DNA of 64,000 nucleotides from an uncultured Planctomycetia bacterium (lineage in GTDB: Bacteria > Omnitrophota > Gorgyraeia > CAYWPX01): NCBI GenBank assembly GCA_964460615.1, contig CAYWPX010000003.1, positions 25,343 through 89,342 on the forward strand, read 5' to 3'. Positions 27,135 through 36,875 of this stretch are shown in pieces. Position numbers and translations under genes: made by a program. A model generated the notes under the pieces. It was not told the DNA's origin and searched no databases. It saw only the letters and a list, made by a program, of their open reading frames with translations. How positions within the stretch are numbered: the stretch's first letter is position 1; every line of letters begins with the position of its first letter.

Positions 27135-28441
27135 GTTTTCTTTTCCTTAAATTCGATTTTGATTGGCGTACCTGTTAAATCATATGTCTTTCTGAGAAAA
27201 TTCTCAATATAGCTAACCAATTTTCTGTCAACCAACTTAATTTTCTCCACTATAAAAATGAATTTAGGAGGATTTGAGGAACTTTGAGTTGCATATCCGA
27301 ATCTTAGATTCTTTCTCATTAGCTCATAGGACCTATTTAACTTATTAAGCGTTTCGTTTAAATCGTGAGCAGCTATTTTTCTTGTGTAATTATCATAAAC
27401 GGAATTTATTATGTTTAATGTTGATTTGACATTCCTATCGGTTTTGCAGGAGATAAAAATAATTGGGAAGTTAGCCATATTTCCCATTTTAGACAAAATC
27501 TTTTCCCTGTATTTGGACATTTCGTAATTTTTGACCAGATCCCATTTATTAACAACAATTATTAATCCTTTCTTCTCTTCAAAAACCAAATCCATTATTT
27601 TTTTATCATCTTCCCTTAAGCCATCATATCCGTCAATGATCAACATTGCAATATCGCATCTGGAGATTGCCTCTTTAGTTCTGATAGTTGCGTAGTAGTC
27701 GGTCGCTTCTTTAACTTTTCTTAGATGCCTTATTCCGGCAGTGTCAATAAGGAGATAATTTTTTTCACCGAAGTTAAAATAAGTATCGATTGAGTCTCTG
27801 GTAGTCCCTGCTGTAGGGTGGACAATGACCCTCTCTTCATTTAAAAGAGTATTAAGGTATGAGGATTTACCGACATTCGGCCTTCCGACAATGGCAATTT
27901 TAATGATTTCCTTCGGGAGGGTTAGAGAAGATTTTTCCAGGTCCTTTGTTACAGAGTCCATGAGCCTCTGTATTCCGTAATTATGCATTGCAGAGATCTG
28001 ATATGGCTCACCAAGCCCAAGTTCAAAAAAATCAAAGCTAGAATTTTGCGCATTCTCTTTATCCACCTTGTTCACCACCAAAAAGATCCGTTTGGAGGTT
28101 TTGCGTAATTTTTTTGCCAATTCCAAATCCTGCGCCGTAACTCCCGCAAGCCCGTCAACGACGAATAAAAGCAAATTTGCTTCTTCGATGGCCTTGTCAA
28201 GCTGTTTAACTATAAGGTCCGTCATAATGTTATTTTTTATTTCCTGGAATCCGCCGGTATCTATAAGTAAAAAGTGTTTATCGTTCCAGCCAACTTCGGC
28301 ATATAACCTGTCGCGGGTCGTGCCGCTTGCCTCCTGGACTATGGCTTTGCGTTTATTAACTATCCTGTTAAAAAGAGAGGATTTGCCGACATTCGGCCTG
28401 CCGACAATGGCAATTTTGGTTATATTGTTATTTGTATGCAT
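27131..28441 (-). CDS. der: Ribosome-biogenesis GTPase Der (EngA), tandem GTPase domains plus KH-like C-terminus
   Basis: Two GRPNVGKSS G1 motifs and two DTAG/DTGG G3 motifs. 436 aa. Confidence 0.95.
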   Translation of the reverse strand: MHTNNNITKIAIVGRPNVGKSSLFNRIVNKRKAIVQEASGTTRDRLYAEVGWNDKHFLLIDTGGFQEIKNNIMTDLIVKQLDKAIEEANLLLFVVDGLAGVTAQDLELAKKLRKTSKRIFLVVNKVDKENAQNSSFDFFELGLGEPYQISAMHNYGIQRLMDSVTKDLEKSSLTLPKEIIKIAIVGRPNVGKSSYLNTLLNEERVIVHPTAGTTRDSIDTYFNFGEKNYLLIDTAGIRHLRKVKEATDYYATIRTKEAISRCDIAMLIIDGYDGLREDDKKIMDLVFEEKKGLIIVVNKWDLVKNYEMSKYREKILSKMGNMANFPIIFISCKTDRNVKSTLNIINSVYDNYTRKIAAHDLNETLNKLNRSYELMRKNLRFGYATQSSSNPPKFIFIVEKIKLVDRKLVSYIENFLRKTYDLTGTPIKIEFKEKKT

Positions 28442-28442
28442 T

Positions 28443-29054
28443 TTAAATTTTAAAATTGTTAAAATTTTTTAGGTTTATGTGAAAGCCCGTGTTCGGATGG
28501 GAATGGTTTGGATCACTTAGCATCTTGCTGCCTTTCAAAACATAATCTGTCCCTGAAATAACAGTGAATACCGCAGTAATATCCCAGATTATGAAGGATT
28601 TATCCAGCTGGAAGAGTATAGAAATTATAGTTAACATCTGGAAAAAAGTCGTTATTTTGCCGAAGATACTGGGCTTTATATGCAGGTCGCCGGTAACAAG
28701 TATCACAACCATTGAACCGATTATTATGATAATGTCACGGCTTATAACAATTAATAATACCCAGGAAGGAAGCTTAAGTTCAACCGGAAGGTCTTTTTCG
28801 ATCGAAAGGGCTATAAAAGCCGTGATCAGTAAAAGTTTATCCGCTATTGGATCCAAAATAGTTCCCAGTTTTGTTATCTGGTTTAATCTCCTCGCTATTA
28901 GCCCGTCGAGTGCATCGGTAAAAACGCAGACTATAAAAATTATTAATGGCAGATAGGAAATGATCCCGCTATATGGCTTATATACCAGTAACGACATAAC
29001 AAAAAAAGGAATTAAAAGAATTCTGGTAAGCGTGATTCTGTTCGCTAGGTTCAT
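28443..29054 (-). CDS. CDP-alcohol phosphatidyltransferase family protein (paralog of pgsA at 57159-57746)
   Basis: DALDGLIARRLNQITKLGTILDPIADK matches the D-x2-DG-x2-AR...G-x3-D-x3-D motif. 5-6 TM helices. Confidence 0.8.
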   Translation of the reverse strand: MNLANRITLTRILLIPFFVMSLLVYKPYSGIISYLPLIIFIVCVFTDALDGLIARRLNQITKLGTILDPIADKLLLITAFIALSIEKDLPVELKLPSWVLLIVISRDIIIIIGSMVVILVTGDLHIKPSIFGKITTFFQMLTIISILFQLDKSFIIWDITAVFTVISGTDYVLKGSKMLSDPNHSHPNTGFHINLKNFNNFKI

Positions 29055-29071
29055 TTATATTGCTCCTAAGT

Positions 29072-29614
29072 TTATTTAATAAGCCTTATTCTATTAAGGG
29101 GCCAGTAAATAAGTATAGCCTTGCCCAGGATATCTTTTTTTTCTACGAAACCCCAGTAACGCGAATCCTTGGAGCTTGAACTATTGTCACCCAAAAAATA
29201 ATATTGACCTTTTGGTACCTCGGTTTTTTTGCCAACCTCTCCGAAATCGCCTGAATTGTAGTAATAGATGTTTCTTATTTCCTGGGGATCGTCGACCACT
29301 TTTCCATCAACTATTATGTAACCATTAGAGATCTCTACTGTCTCTCCGCCTTTTGCGATAAGCCTTTTTATAAAATCTTTCTTCCTGTCCTCTGGATATA
29401 TGAACACAACTACATCACCTCTTTGAGGTTCTTTAAATCGATAGATGAATTTATTGACCAGTATTCTGTCCCCTTCCTGCAAAGTAGGCTTCATAGAACC
29501 ACTTGGAATTTTAAATGCTTGAATAACAAATGTTCTTATGATCAGCGCCAATATAAGCGCAATTATAATTGACTCTACCCATTCTTTTATAACTAATTTT
29601 GTAGTCTGTTTCAT
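29072..29614 (-). CDS. lepB: Signal peptidase I
   Basis: PSGSMKPTL (Ser box), GDRILVNK (Lys box) and GDNSSSSKDSRYWG box E. Confidence 0.9.
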   Translation of the reverse strand: MKQTTKLVIKEWVESIIIALILALIIRTFVIQAFKIPSGSMKPTLQEGDRILVNKFIYRFKEPQRGDVVVFIYPEDRKKDFIKRLIAKGGETVEISNGYIIVDGKVVDDPQEIRNIYYYNSGDFGEVGKKTEVPKGQYYFLGDNSSSSKDSRYWGFVEKKDILGKAILIYWPLNRIRLIK

Positions 29615-29671
29615 TATAAATCCTTAAAGTTTTGTTCAATCCGTTAAGATGTGCGTTTTGATATCCCGAAT

Positions 29672-31468
29672 CTAAATTTTAAGCGCTGCAAGGAAAGCCT
29701 CTTGGGGGATGTCGACCCTTCCAAACTGCTTCATTCGCTTTTTGCCTTCTTTTTGCTTTTCCCATAGTTTTCGTTTTCGGGTAATATCCCCGCCATAGCA
29801 TTTTGCTGTAACATTTTTCTTCATGGCTGGTATTGTTTCTCGTGCTATTATGTTGCCTCCGATGGCAGCTTGTACGGCAATTTCAAACATCTGTCTCGGT
29901 ATCAGCTCTTTTAATTTTTCCGCTAGAGCTCTACCTTTGATCTGCGCTTTTTCTCTGTGTACGATGCTTGAAAGAGCGTCGCAGGGTTCGCCATTAATCA
30001 ATATATCAAGTTTTACTAGTTTAGAATGCTTATATTCAAGGAATTCATAATCTAGCGAACCATATCCTCTGGTCATAGATTTGATCTTATCGTAAAAATC
30101 AACAATGATCTCTGAAAGAGGCAGATAATAAACAATTTTTACCTTGTCAGTAGTCAGGTACTCGGTACTTATGTACTCACCTCGCCTTGATTCAGCCAAT
30201 TCCATAATTGCGCCTATTGAATCAGCCGGTACGATCAGAGATGCAGCCACTATAGGCTCAGAGATCTCATCTATAAAATTCGGGGTAGGGAGTTTGGTCG
30301 GATTATCAATTTCTAAAATTGCCCCGTCATTTTTTTTAATTCTATATACTACGCTTGGAGTAGTGAATACCAAATTCTGGTCATATTCTCTTTCAAGGCG
30401 TTCTTCGACTATTTCCATGTGTAATAGCCCCAAAAAACCGCACCTGAAACCAAAACCTAAGGATGCCGAACTTTCTGGCTCGTAAATAAACGAGGCATCG
30501 GATAGTTTAAGTTTTTCAAGCGAATCCCTGAGTTGTTCAAAATCCTTGCTTGCCACCGGATATACCCCGCAAAATACCATCGGCCTAACCTGTTTGTACC
30601 CTTTTAGGGCAAGTGCGGCAGGGTTCTGGGCATCAGTAACCGTATCTCCGATGTCAACTTCTTTGGCAGATCTTATATTGCAAAATATATATCCAACTTC
30701 CCCAGGGCCCAATTCATCTACAGGTGTCGGATGTGGATTAGTAACTCCGACCTCAAGCACCTCGTATATGGCATTTTTACCCATAAATTTAATATTCATC
30801 CGAGGGACTATTCTGCCATTGGCGATCTTGACAAAAACGATCACGCCTCTATAGGTATCGTAACTTGAATCAAAAATGAGCGCCTGGAGAGGTGCGTCAT
30901 AACTGCCCTTCGGAGGAGGAATCTTGGTTATTACGTGTTCAAGAATATCCTCTGTACCTGTGCCAAGCTTTGCGCTCGCGAGTATAATTTCCTCCTCAGA
31001 GATCCCCAAGATGTTGGATATCTGTTCTCTAACCTTCTCGGGTTCGGCATTAAAAAGGTCTATCTTATTAATAACAGGTATGATCTCTAAATTATTCTCC
31101 ATAGCAAGATATAGATTTGCTACAGTCTGAGCTTCAACGCCTTGAGATGCGTCAACTACAAGAAGTGCGCCCTCACAGGCAGCTAGTGATTTAGAGACTT
31201 CATAAGTGAAATCTACGTGCCCCGGAGTGTCTATAAGATTGAGGACATAAGTTAGACCGTCCTTGGCTTTGTAATTGAGCCTGACAGCGGATGCCTTGAT
31301 GGTAATGCCGCGTTCCTGCTCAATAGCCATATCATCGAGCATCTGCTCATGGAATTCTCTTTCAGTGATAGTTCCTGTAAATTGGAGAATCCTATCCGCT
31401 AAAGTAGACTTACCATGATCAATATGGGCGATAATTGAAAAATTTCTTATTAGGTTTGGTTCTTTCAT
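29672..31468 (-). CDS. lepA: Elongation factor 4 (LepA)
   Basis: 598 aa. G-domain [17 protein letters not shown] and NKID, plus the LepA-specific C-terminal domain. Confidence 0.95.
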   Translation of the reverse strand: MKEPNLIRNFSIIAHIDHGKSTLADRILQFTGTITEREFHEQMLDDMAIEQERGITIKASAVRLNYKAKDGLTYVLNLIDTPGHVDFTYEVSKSLAACEGALLVVDASQGVEAQTVANLYLAMENNLEIIPVINKIDLFNAEPEKVREQISNILGISEEEIILASAKLGTGTEDILEHVITKIPPPKGSYDAPLQALIFDSSYDTYRGVIVFVKIANGRIVPRMNIKFMGKNAIYEVLEVGVTNPHPTPVDELGPGEVGYIFCNIRSAKEVDIGDTVTDAQNPAALALKGYKQVRPMVFCGVYPVASKDFEQLRDSLEKLKLSDASFIYEPESSASLGFGFRCGFLGLLHMEIVEERLEREYDQNLVFTTPSVVYRIKKNDGAILEIDNPTKLPTPNFIDEISEPIVAASLIVPADSIGAIMELAESRRGEYISTEYLTTDKVKIVYYLPLSEIIVDFYDKIKSMTRGYGSLDYEFLEYKHSKLVKLDILINGEPCDALSSIVHREKAQIKGRALAEKLKELIPRQMFEIAVQAAIGGNIIARETIPAMKKNVTAKCYGGDITRKRKLWEKQKEGKKRMKQFGRVDIPQEAFLAALKI

Positions 31469-31469
31469 A

Positions 31470-32879
31470 TTAGATATTTAGAGCAAATTCCTTTCCAAAA
31501 TTAAGGATTTTTTTAGCATTTTGAACGCTATTTGATTCTGCGTAAACCCTTAGAATGGGTTCGGTTCCGGATAATCTTAGTATTAGCCAGCTTCCATCCT
31601 CAAGGATCAATTTAAAGCCGTCAAAAGATTTGATCTCAACTACTTTTTTGTTTAAAACCTCTTTGGGGGGGTTGGTTTTCAGGGTTTCCATTAACTTGGC
31701 TTTTTTATCGTCAGGATATTTCATGTCCTCCCTCTGGAATTCGAAAGTTCCGTATTCCTTCTCAACGTCCTTAAGGATCTGCAAAATGGATTTCTTTCTC
31801 TTTGCCATCATCTCGAGAAGCAGTATTCCGGATATTAATCCGTCTCTTTCAGGAATATTGTTGATAAATCCGATCCCGCCGGACTCTTCTCCGCCGACCA
31901 ACACATCTTCCTTAAGCATGTAGTCAGCTATGTACTTAAAACCGACAGGGGTTTCGTGTAAGGTAACGTTATGTTTTTTGCATATTCTATCAATCAGGGT
32001 AGTTCCTGATATTGTTTTCACCATACTGCCTTTAAGTTTTTTATCTTCGATGAAATATAAAAGTATCAAACAGATGATCTTGTGGCTTGATATCTGCTTG
32101 CCGTCAGGGCTGGCGGCGCCTATCCTATCAACATCGCCGTCAGTTGCAAGTCCTATGTCAAATTTACCTTTTTTTGTAAGGTCAATAAGCTCTCTGAGGT
32201 TCTTTTCTATGGGCTCCGGGTTTATGCCGCCAAAATATGTGTTTCTTTCAGTATGTATCGTCGTGACTTTGCAGTTGGTTTTCGAAAGAATGTTCTGCAT
32301 ATAATGGTCTCCGGCTCCGTACATAATATCAACAAGGACCTTTAGCTTCGCATTCTTCAGAAGCCTCAGATCAAGATATTTCTCTACATGCTTGATGTAT
32401 GGCTTGCAGATATCCTCTATCTTTATTAAGCCGCTTTCTTTTGCTTCATCAAGAATAATGGATCTGATCTCATTTTTAAAGAGATTGGATTCAATCTTAT
32501 TTATGATCTCAGGGCCGGCAGAACCTCCGAAATGGGCCTTATATTTAATACCGTTATATTGCGGCGGGTTATGGCTGGCAGTAATCATTACTCCGCCGAA
32601 TAACTTTCTGTTTGCAACAATGAAGCTGACTGCCGGAGTAGGATTTGGTCTATCGGACAGAATTACCTTGATACTATTTCCTGCCAGGACCTCAGCCATC
32701 AGCTGGGCGTATGTTTCAGACATAAATCTCGTATCATAACCTACCGCAATAGTTGCGGACGGATCGCTCGATTTTACATAGTCAGCAATCGCCTGTCCCA
32801 CAACCTTAACATTATCACACGTAAAGTCCTTACTTATAATTGCTCTCCAACCATCTGTACCAAATTTAATTGTACCCAC
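31470..32879 (-). CDS. Phosphoglucomutase/phosphomannomutase (alpha-D-phosphohexomutase family)
   Basis: Active-site [14 protein letters not shown], metal loop DGDVDR and sugar-binding GEESGG. Confidence 0.9.
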   Translation of the reverse strand: MGTIKFGTDGWRAIISKDFTCDNVKVVGQAIADYVKSSDPSATIAVGYDTRFMSETYAQLMAEVLAGNSIKVILSDRPNPTPAVSFIVANRKLFGGVMITASHNPPQYNGIKYKAHFGGSAGPEIINKIESNLFKNEIRSIILDEAKESGLIKIEDICKPYIKHVEKYLDLRLLKNAKLKVLVDIMYGAGDHYMQNILSKTNCKVTTIHTERNTYFGGINPEPIEKNLRELIDLTKKGKFDIGLATDGDVDRIGAASPDGKQISSHKIICLILLYFIEDKKLKGSMVKTISGTTLIDRICKKHNVTLHETPVGFKYIADYMLKEDVLVGGEESGGIGFINNIPERDGLISGILLLEMMAKRKKSILQILKDVEKEYGTFEFQREDMKYPDDKKAKLMETLKTNPPKEVLNKKVVEIKSFDGFKLILEDGSWLILRLSGTEPILRVYAESNSVQNAKKILNFGKEFALNI

Positions 32880-32912
32880 TTACGAGTTCCTCCTTTAGTT
32901 AAAATTTGTGAT

Positions 32913-34175
32913 CTATTCAATATTTAATGTGCTGATTATGTCGCTTTCTTTCACCGGGCCGATAATTGACATATTAAGATTAACATTTTTAAAAATCATA
33001 TTAGCGACTTTTTTAATATCTTCTGTAGTTATCTCGTCGACAATTTTAAGGATTTTATTGATGTCGGTCAGCTTGTCTTCAGCGGATATTTTTTCCCCTA
33101 CCCATAGCATGCTTGTTGTGGTATCTTCAAGCGCCATTAAAACCTGGCCTTTATAGTATTCCTTTGCGCGCCTGAATTCATCTTTTTTGACATGTTCTTT
33201 TTTTATTCTCGAAAGCTCCTTAAGGATTATTCTTATGGCATCTTTTGATTTTTTTATATCTACTCCAGCGCTGATAACGAATGCACCGGTATCGTTATAA
33301 CTTTTGTTATGGCTGGAAATTTCATAGGCCAGGCCTCTTTTTTCGCGTACCTCCTGAAAAAGCCTTGAAGACATATTGGCACCCAGAATAATATTCAAAA
33401 GGCTTGCTGAGTATCTTTCCTTATTTTGCCGGCTTAATCCGTGCAGGCCTATGGCTAAATGCAGCTGTTCAGTGTCTTTAGTAAGGACCTTTAGTCTGGG
33501 GCCGATCTCATTTTTAGTGATTTTTTCATAACAATTTATGGACTTGCCAGAAGGTAATCTCAGATTTTTTTCGACTAGTTTTGCAATTTTTTCAATATCA
33601 ATATTCCCGGCAAACGCTACTATGATATTTCTGGAGTTATAGAATTTATTTTTAAAGTCGATAATGTCATTTTTTGTTATCGAATTTACGGTATCAAAGG
33701 TGCCCGCCAATGGCATACCCAGGGGATTAGCCGGCCACATAAGCTCCCCCAGGATCTCATGTACATACTGCATTGGCTGATCAAGATACATTTTAATCTC
33801 TTCGATAATGACCGTTCTTTCCTTCTCAATGTCGCTTTCCGCAAACCGGGGATTAGATACCATGTCAGCCAAAACATCAACCGCTATGTCTACATGATTG
33901 CCTAGTAATTTGACCAGATAACAGGTAAACTCTTCGCTTGTAAACCCGTTGAAAGACCCGCCGATACCTTCAATGGTCTCTTTAATATTCTTGCCGTCTC
34001 TCTTTTTGGTACCTTTGAATAAAAGATGTTCAATAAAATGAGAGATGCCGGAATTGATCTTATTTTCATATCTCCCGCCGCATCTAGCCCAGACACCGCA
34101 AGCTACAGATTTCATGCTAGGCATAGGTATTGCTACGACCTCTAAACCATTTTTAAGGGTAATTTTTTTAATCAT
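32913..34175 (-). CDS. M16 family zinc peptidase (pitrilysin-like)
   Basis: Inverted zincin motif HFIEHLLFKGT (HxxEH). 420 aa. Confidence 0.85.
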   Translation of the reverse strand: MIKKITLKNGLEVVAIPMPSMKSVACGVWARCGGRYENKINSGISHFIEHLLFKGTKKRDGKNIKETIEGIGGSFNGFTSEEFTCYLVKLLGNHVDIAVDVLADMVSNPRFAESDIEKERTVIIEEIKMYLDQPMQYVHEILGELMWPANPLGMPLAGTFDTVNSITKNDIIDFKNKFYNSRNIIVAFAGNIDIEKIAKLVEKNLRLPSGKSINCYEKITKNEIGPRLKVLTKDTEQLHLAIGLHGLSRQNKERYSASLLNIILGANMSSRLFQEVREKRGLAYEISSHNKSYNDTGAFVISAGVDIKKSKDAIRIILKELSRIKKEHVKKDEFRRAKEYYKGQVLMALEDTTTSMLWVGEKISAEDKLTDINKILKIVDEITTEDIKKVANMIFKNVNLNMSIIGPVKESDIISTLNIE

Positions 34176-34593
34176 TTTTTCTGGATTTCTTCATGTCGAG
34201 GTATCCTTGTAGGATAAATTGTGCCGCTAATTTATCAGTAATACCTTTACGTTTTTTTCTCGATATATCGGCTTCGATCAACAAATTGTTGGCCTGGACG
34301 GTTGATAAGCGCTCATCGAAGTATTCAACTTCGATACCTAAGGTCATATTTAATTTTTGTCCGAAGTTTCTAGCTTCTTCCGCTTTGGGCCCAAGAGTAC
34401 CGTCCATATTAATTGGCATACCAAGTACGAGGATCCCAACTTTATTGATTTCAAAAAGCTCTTTAATCCTTTTTATTGTGTCTTCAATGGATCTGGCTTC
34501 AATTATCTCCAAAGGCCTGGCTATGATACAAAGTTCGTCACTTAAGGCAACGCCAATACGCTTTGTTCCGATGTCAAGCGCCATTATCCTCAT
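34168..34593 (-). CDS. ruvX: Putative pre-16S rRNA nuclease / Holliday junction resolvase-like YqgF (RuvX)
   Basis: MRIMALDIGTKRIGVALSD N-terminus and RNase H-like fold motifs. 141 aa. Confidence 0.85.
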   Translation of the reverse strand: MRIMALDIGTKRIGVALSDELCIIARPLEIIEARSIEDTIKRIKELFEINKVGILVLGMPINMDGTLGPKAEEARNFGQKLNMTLGIEVEYFDERLSTVQANNLLIEADISRKKRKGITDKLAAQFILQGYLDMKKSRKND

Positions 34594-34595
34594 CT

Positions 34596-35399
34596 TTATT
34601 TACAAGCCTTTTTTAGAGTAGCGACAAAAGCCGTTACATTATTCACAAGAGTCTTTTTCCCGATGTTTCTTTCAATCGCCTTAACGATAGCGCTTCCGAT
34701 TATTACTCCGTCAGCGAAACTTGAGATTTCTTTAACCTGCTTAGGCGTTGAAACACCAAAACCAACACAGACAGGTTTTTTGGTGATTTTTTTGATATTG
34801 TTCACCCTGGTCTTAAGTTCTTCCGGCAGATTTATCCTTTGCCCTGTAACGCCAGCGATAGATACATAATAAACAAAACCTTTTGATTTTAAACCTATAA
34901 GCTTAATTCGTTGATTAGAGCTAGTGGGTGCGGCGAGAAAAACAATATCAATACCGGCCTTTCTGAAAGGTTTAATGATAGTATCGCCCTCATCGCACGG
35001 AAGATCAGGTATAATAACACCATCAACACCTGCCTCTTTGGCTAATTTAGCAAATTTTTCAAAACCCAGGTTATTGAAAATATTATAGTATGTCATGAAG
35101 ATAATAGGTGTATTAACATTTTTGCGGATCTTCCTAACCAAATTAATGACCTGAATTATATTTGTATGATGTTTAAGCGCACGAGTGGATGCAGCCTGAA
35201 TAGTAGGCCCATCGGCAATCGGGTCGGAAAAGGGTATACCAAGTTCTATTATATCGACGCCGATCCGCGAAAAATTATATATAAGTTTCTCTGTAATAGA
35301 TAAATCCGGGTCTCCGGCGGTGATATAAGTAATCAGCGCCTTATGATTTTGCCTCTTTAATCTTTTAAATGTAGATTCGATTCTATTCATAATGATCAA
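34596..35399 (-). CDS. trpA: Tryptophan synthase alpha chain
   Basis: 267 aa. Typical TrpA motifs ([22 protein letters not shown]). Confidence 0.95.
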   Translation of the reverse strand: MIIMNRIESTFKRLKRQNHKALITYITAGDPDLSITEKLIYNFSRIGVDIIELGIPFSDPIADGPTIQAASTRALKHHTNIIQVINLVRKIRKNVNTPIIFMTYYNIFNNLGFEKFAKLAKEAGVDGVIIPDLPCDEGDTIIKPFRKAGIDIVFLAAPTSSNQRIKLIGLKSKGFVYYVSIAGVTGQRINLPEELKTRVNNIKKITKKPVCVGFGVSTPKQVKEISSFADGVIIGSAIVKAIERNIGKKTLVNNVTAFVATLKKACK

Positions 35400-36586
35400 C
35401 GGATCTCTTTGAGATATTTTCTTATTATGTCTATGTCCTTATCGCCTCTACCGGAGACGCATGTAATAATGATTTTATTTTTATTAATTTTCGGCGCCAA
35501 TTTAAGCGTTTGATAGATAGCATGAGAAGATTCAAGGGCCGGTATGATCCCCTCTGTTTCAGACAAGACCTTTAGGCCGATAAGGGCCTCTGTATCTTTA
35601 ACTGCAACGTATCTTGCCCGCTTTATCTTTTTGTAATAGGCATGTTCAGGGCCAACGCCGGGATAATCAAGCCCCGCGCTTATAGAATGCGCAATCTCGA
35701 TCTGACCAAATTTATCATAAAGAAGAAATGATTTTGTGCCGTGGAGGACGCCGACCTTCCCCTTAACAAGCGTTGCGGCATGCTTCTTGGTGCTTATTCC
35801 TAAGCCGGCAGCCTCAACGCCGATAAATTTAACATTCTTGAAATTGAAAAAAGGATGAAATAAGCCCATAGCGTTACTTCCGCCGCCAACGCAAGCTATT
35901 AGGTAATCCGGTAATCTTTTAGTTAATCTTAGGATCTGGGCTTTTGATTCTATGCCGATAACTGTCTGGAAATTTCTAACGATCATCGGATACGGATGCG
36001 GCCCGGCAACGGTGCCGATCACATAATAAGTATCCCCAACATTAGTTACCCAATCGCGCATGGCTTCGTTCATAGCGTCTTTCAGGGTTTTGGATCCGCT
36101 GCTTACGGGTATTACGTTTGCCCCTAACAACTTCATTCTGAATACATTGAGTGATTGCCTGGCTATGTCCTCTTCACCCATAAAAATGTCGCATTTAAGG
36201 CCAAATTTCGCAGCGCAGGTCGCAGTGGCTACTCCATGCTGGCCGGCCCCGGTTTCTGCAATTATTCTCTTTTTTCCCATACGGCTGGCGAGCAGAACCT
36301 GGCCTATAGTATTATTGATCTTATGAGCTCCTGTATGACAGAGATCCTCTCTTTTTAAATAAATCCTGGCGCCTTTAAGTTTATCTGTGAGGCGTTCGGC
36401 AAAATATAACGGTGTAGGCCTCCCGGCAAAATTTGCAAGGAGAAAACTGAGCTCTTTTTTAAAAGACCTGTCCTTAGAGAATTTCTTGTAGGCATTCTCC
36501 AGTTCGTTAAGCGCGCCCATTAGCGTTTCGGGAACGAACTTACCGCCAAACTCCATAAAATAGCCTTTTTTATCAGGTAAGCGCAT
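35396..36586 (-). CDS. trpB: Tryptophan synthase beta chain
   Basis: PLP-lysine motif (HTGAHKINN) and GGGSNAMG loop. 396 aa. 4-nt overlap with trpA. GGAG SD. Confidence 0.95.
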   Translation of the reverse strand: MRLPDKKGYFMEFGGKFVPETLMGALNELENAYKKFSKDRSFKKELSFLLANFAGRPTPLYFAERLTDKLKGARIYLKREDLCHTGAHKINNTIGQVLLASRMGKKRIIAETGAGQHGVATATCAAKFGLKCDIFMGEEDIARQSLNVFRMKLLGANVIPVSSGSKTLKDAMNEAMRDWVTNVGDTYYVIGTVAGPHPYPMIVRNFQTVIGIESKAQILRLTKRLPDYLIACVGGGSNAMGLFHPFFNFKNVKFIGVEAAGLGISTKKHAATLVKGKVGVLHGTKSFLLYDKFGQIEIAHSISAGLDYPGVGPEHAYYKKIKRARYVAVKDTEALIGLKVLSETEGIIPALESSHAIYQTLKLAPKINKNKIIITCVSGRGDKDIDIIRKYLKEIR

Positions 36587-36702
36587 TTAAACTCCAATTT
36601 AACAAAAAATTATAATTTTTTTAAATGCATTCAGTATAAGTAGAAAATGTTTAAGTTAAGTTCTATATTATAGCATAAGGGTATTTAAATTGGTAGAAAA
36701 AA

Positions 36703-36814
36703 CTATTACCCCGTTAGAGATTTTGAAGCATGAATCCATTCCCTTCTATACATTAACTTAAAGCTAATGCGATAGAAAGCTTAATAATCAGTTTGAACTC
36801 TAACGGGGTTATAA
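36703..36814. repeat. MITE-like element or large hairpin: 12-17 bp terminal inverted repeats (CTATTACCCCGTTAGAG / CTCTAACGGGGTtATAaTAg) flanking a 78-bp AT-rich core
   Basis: Direct reading. It sits between the GH35 terminator and the putative trpB promoter. Confidence 0.45.
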
Positions 36815-36825
36815 TAACTAGACAC

Positions 36826-36865
36826 AAAAACAGCTCCTTTTTAAGCTAAAAAAGAGCTGTTTTTT
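36826..36865 (-). terminator. Rho-independent terminator downstream of the GH35 gene. Palindromic with A/T tracts on both sides, so potentially bidirectional.
   Basis: AAAAACAGCTCCTTTTTAAGCTAAAAAAGAGCTGTTTTTT. Confidence 0.7.
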
Positions 36866-36875
36866 ATGGTTATTA

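Noticed and set aside
36587-36875. T-box or TRAP-type attenuator in the trpB leader
   Set aside because: No specifier-loop or T-box consensus (AATTAGGGTGGTACCGCG-like) and no series of 9-11 spaced GAG/UAG triplets is visible. The inverted repeat there is better explained as a MITE-like element or simple hairpin.
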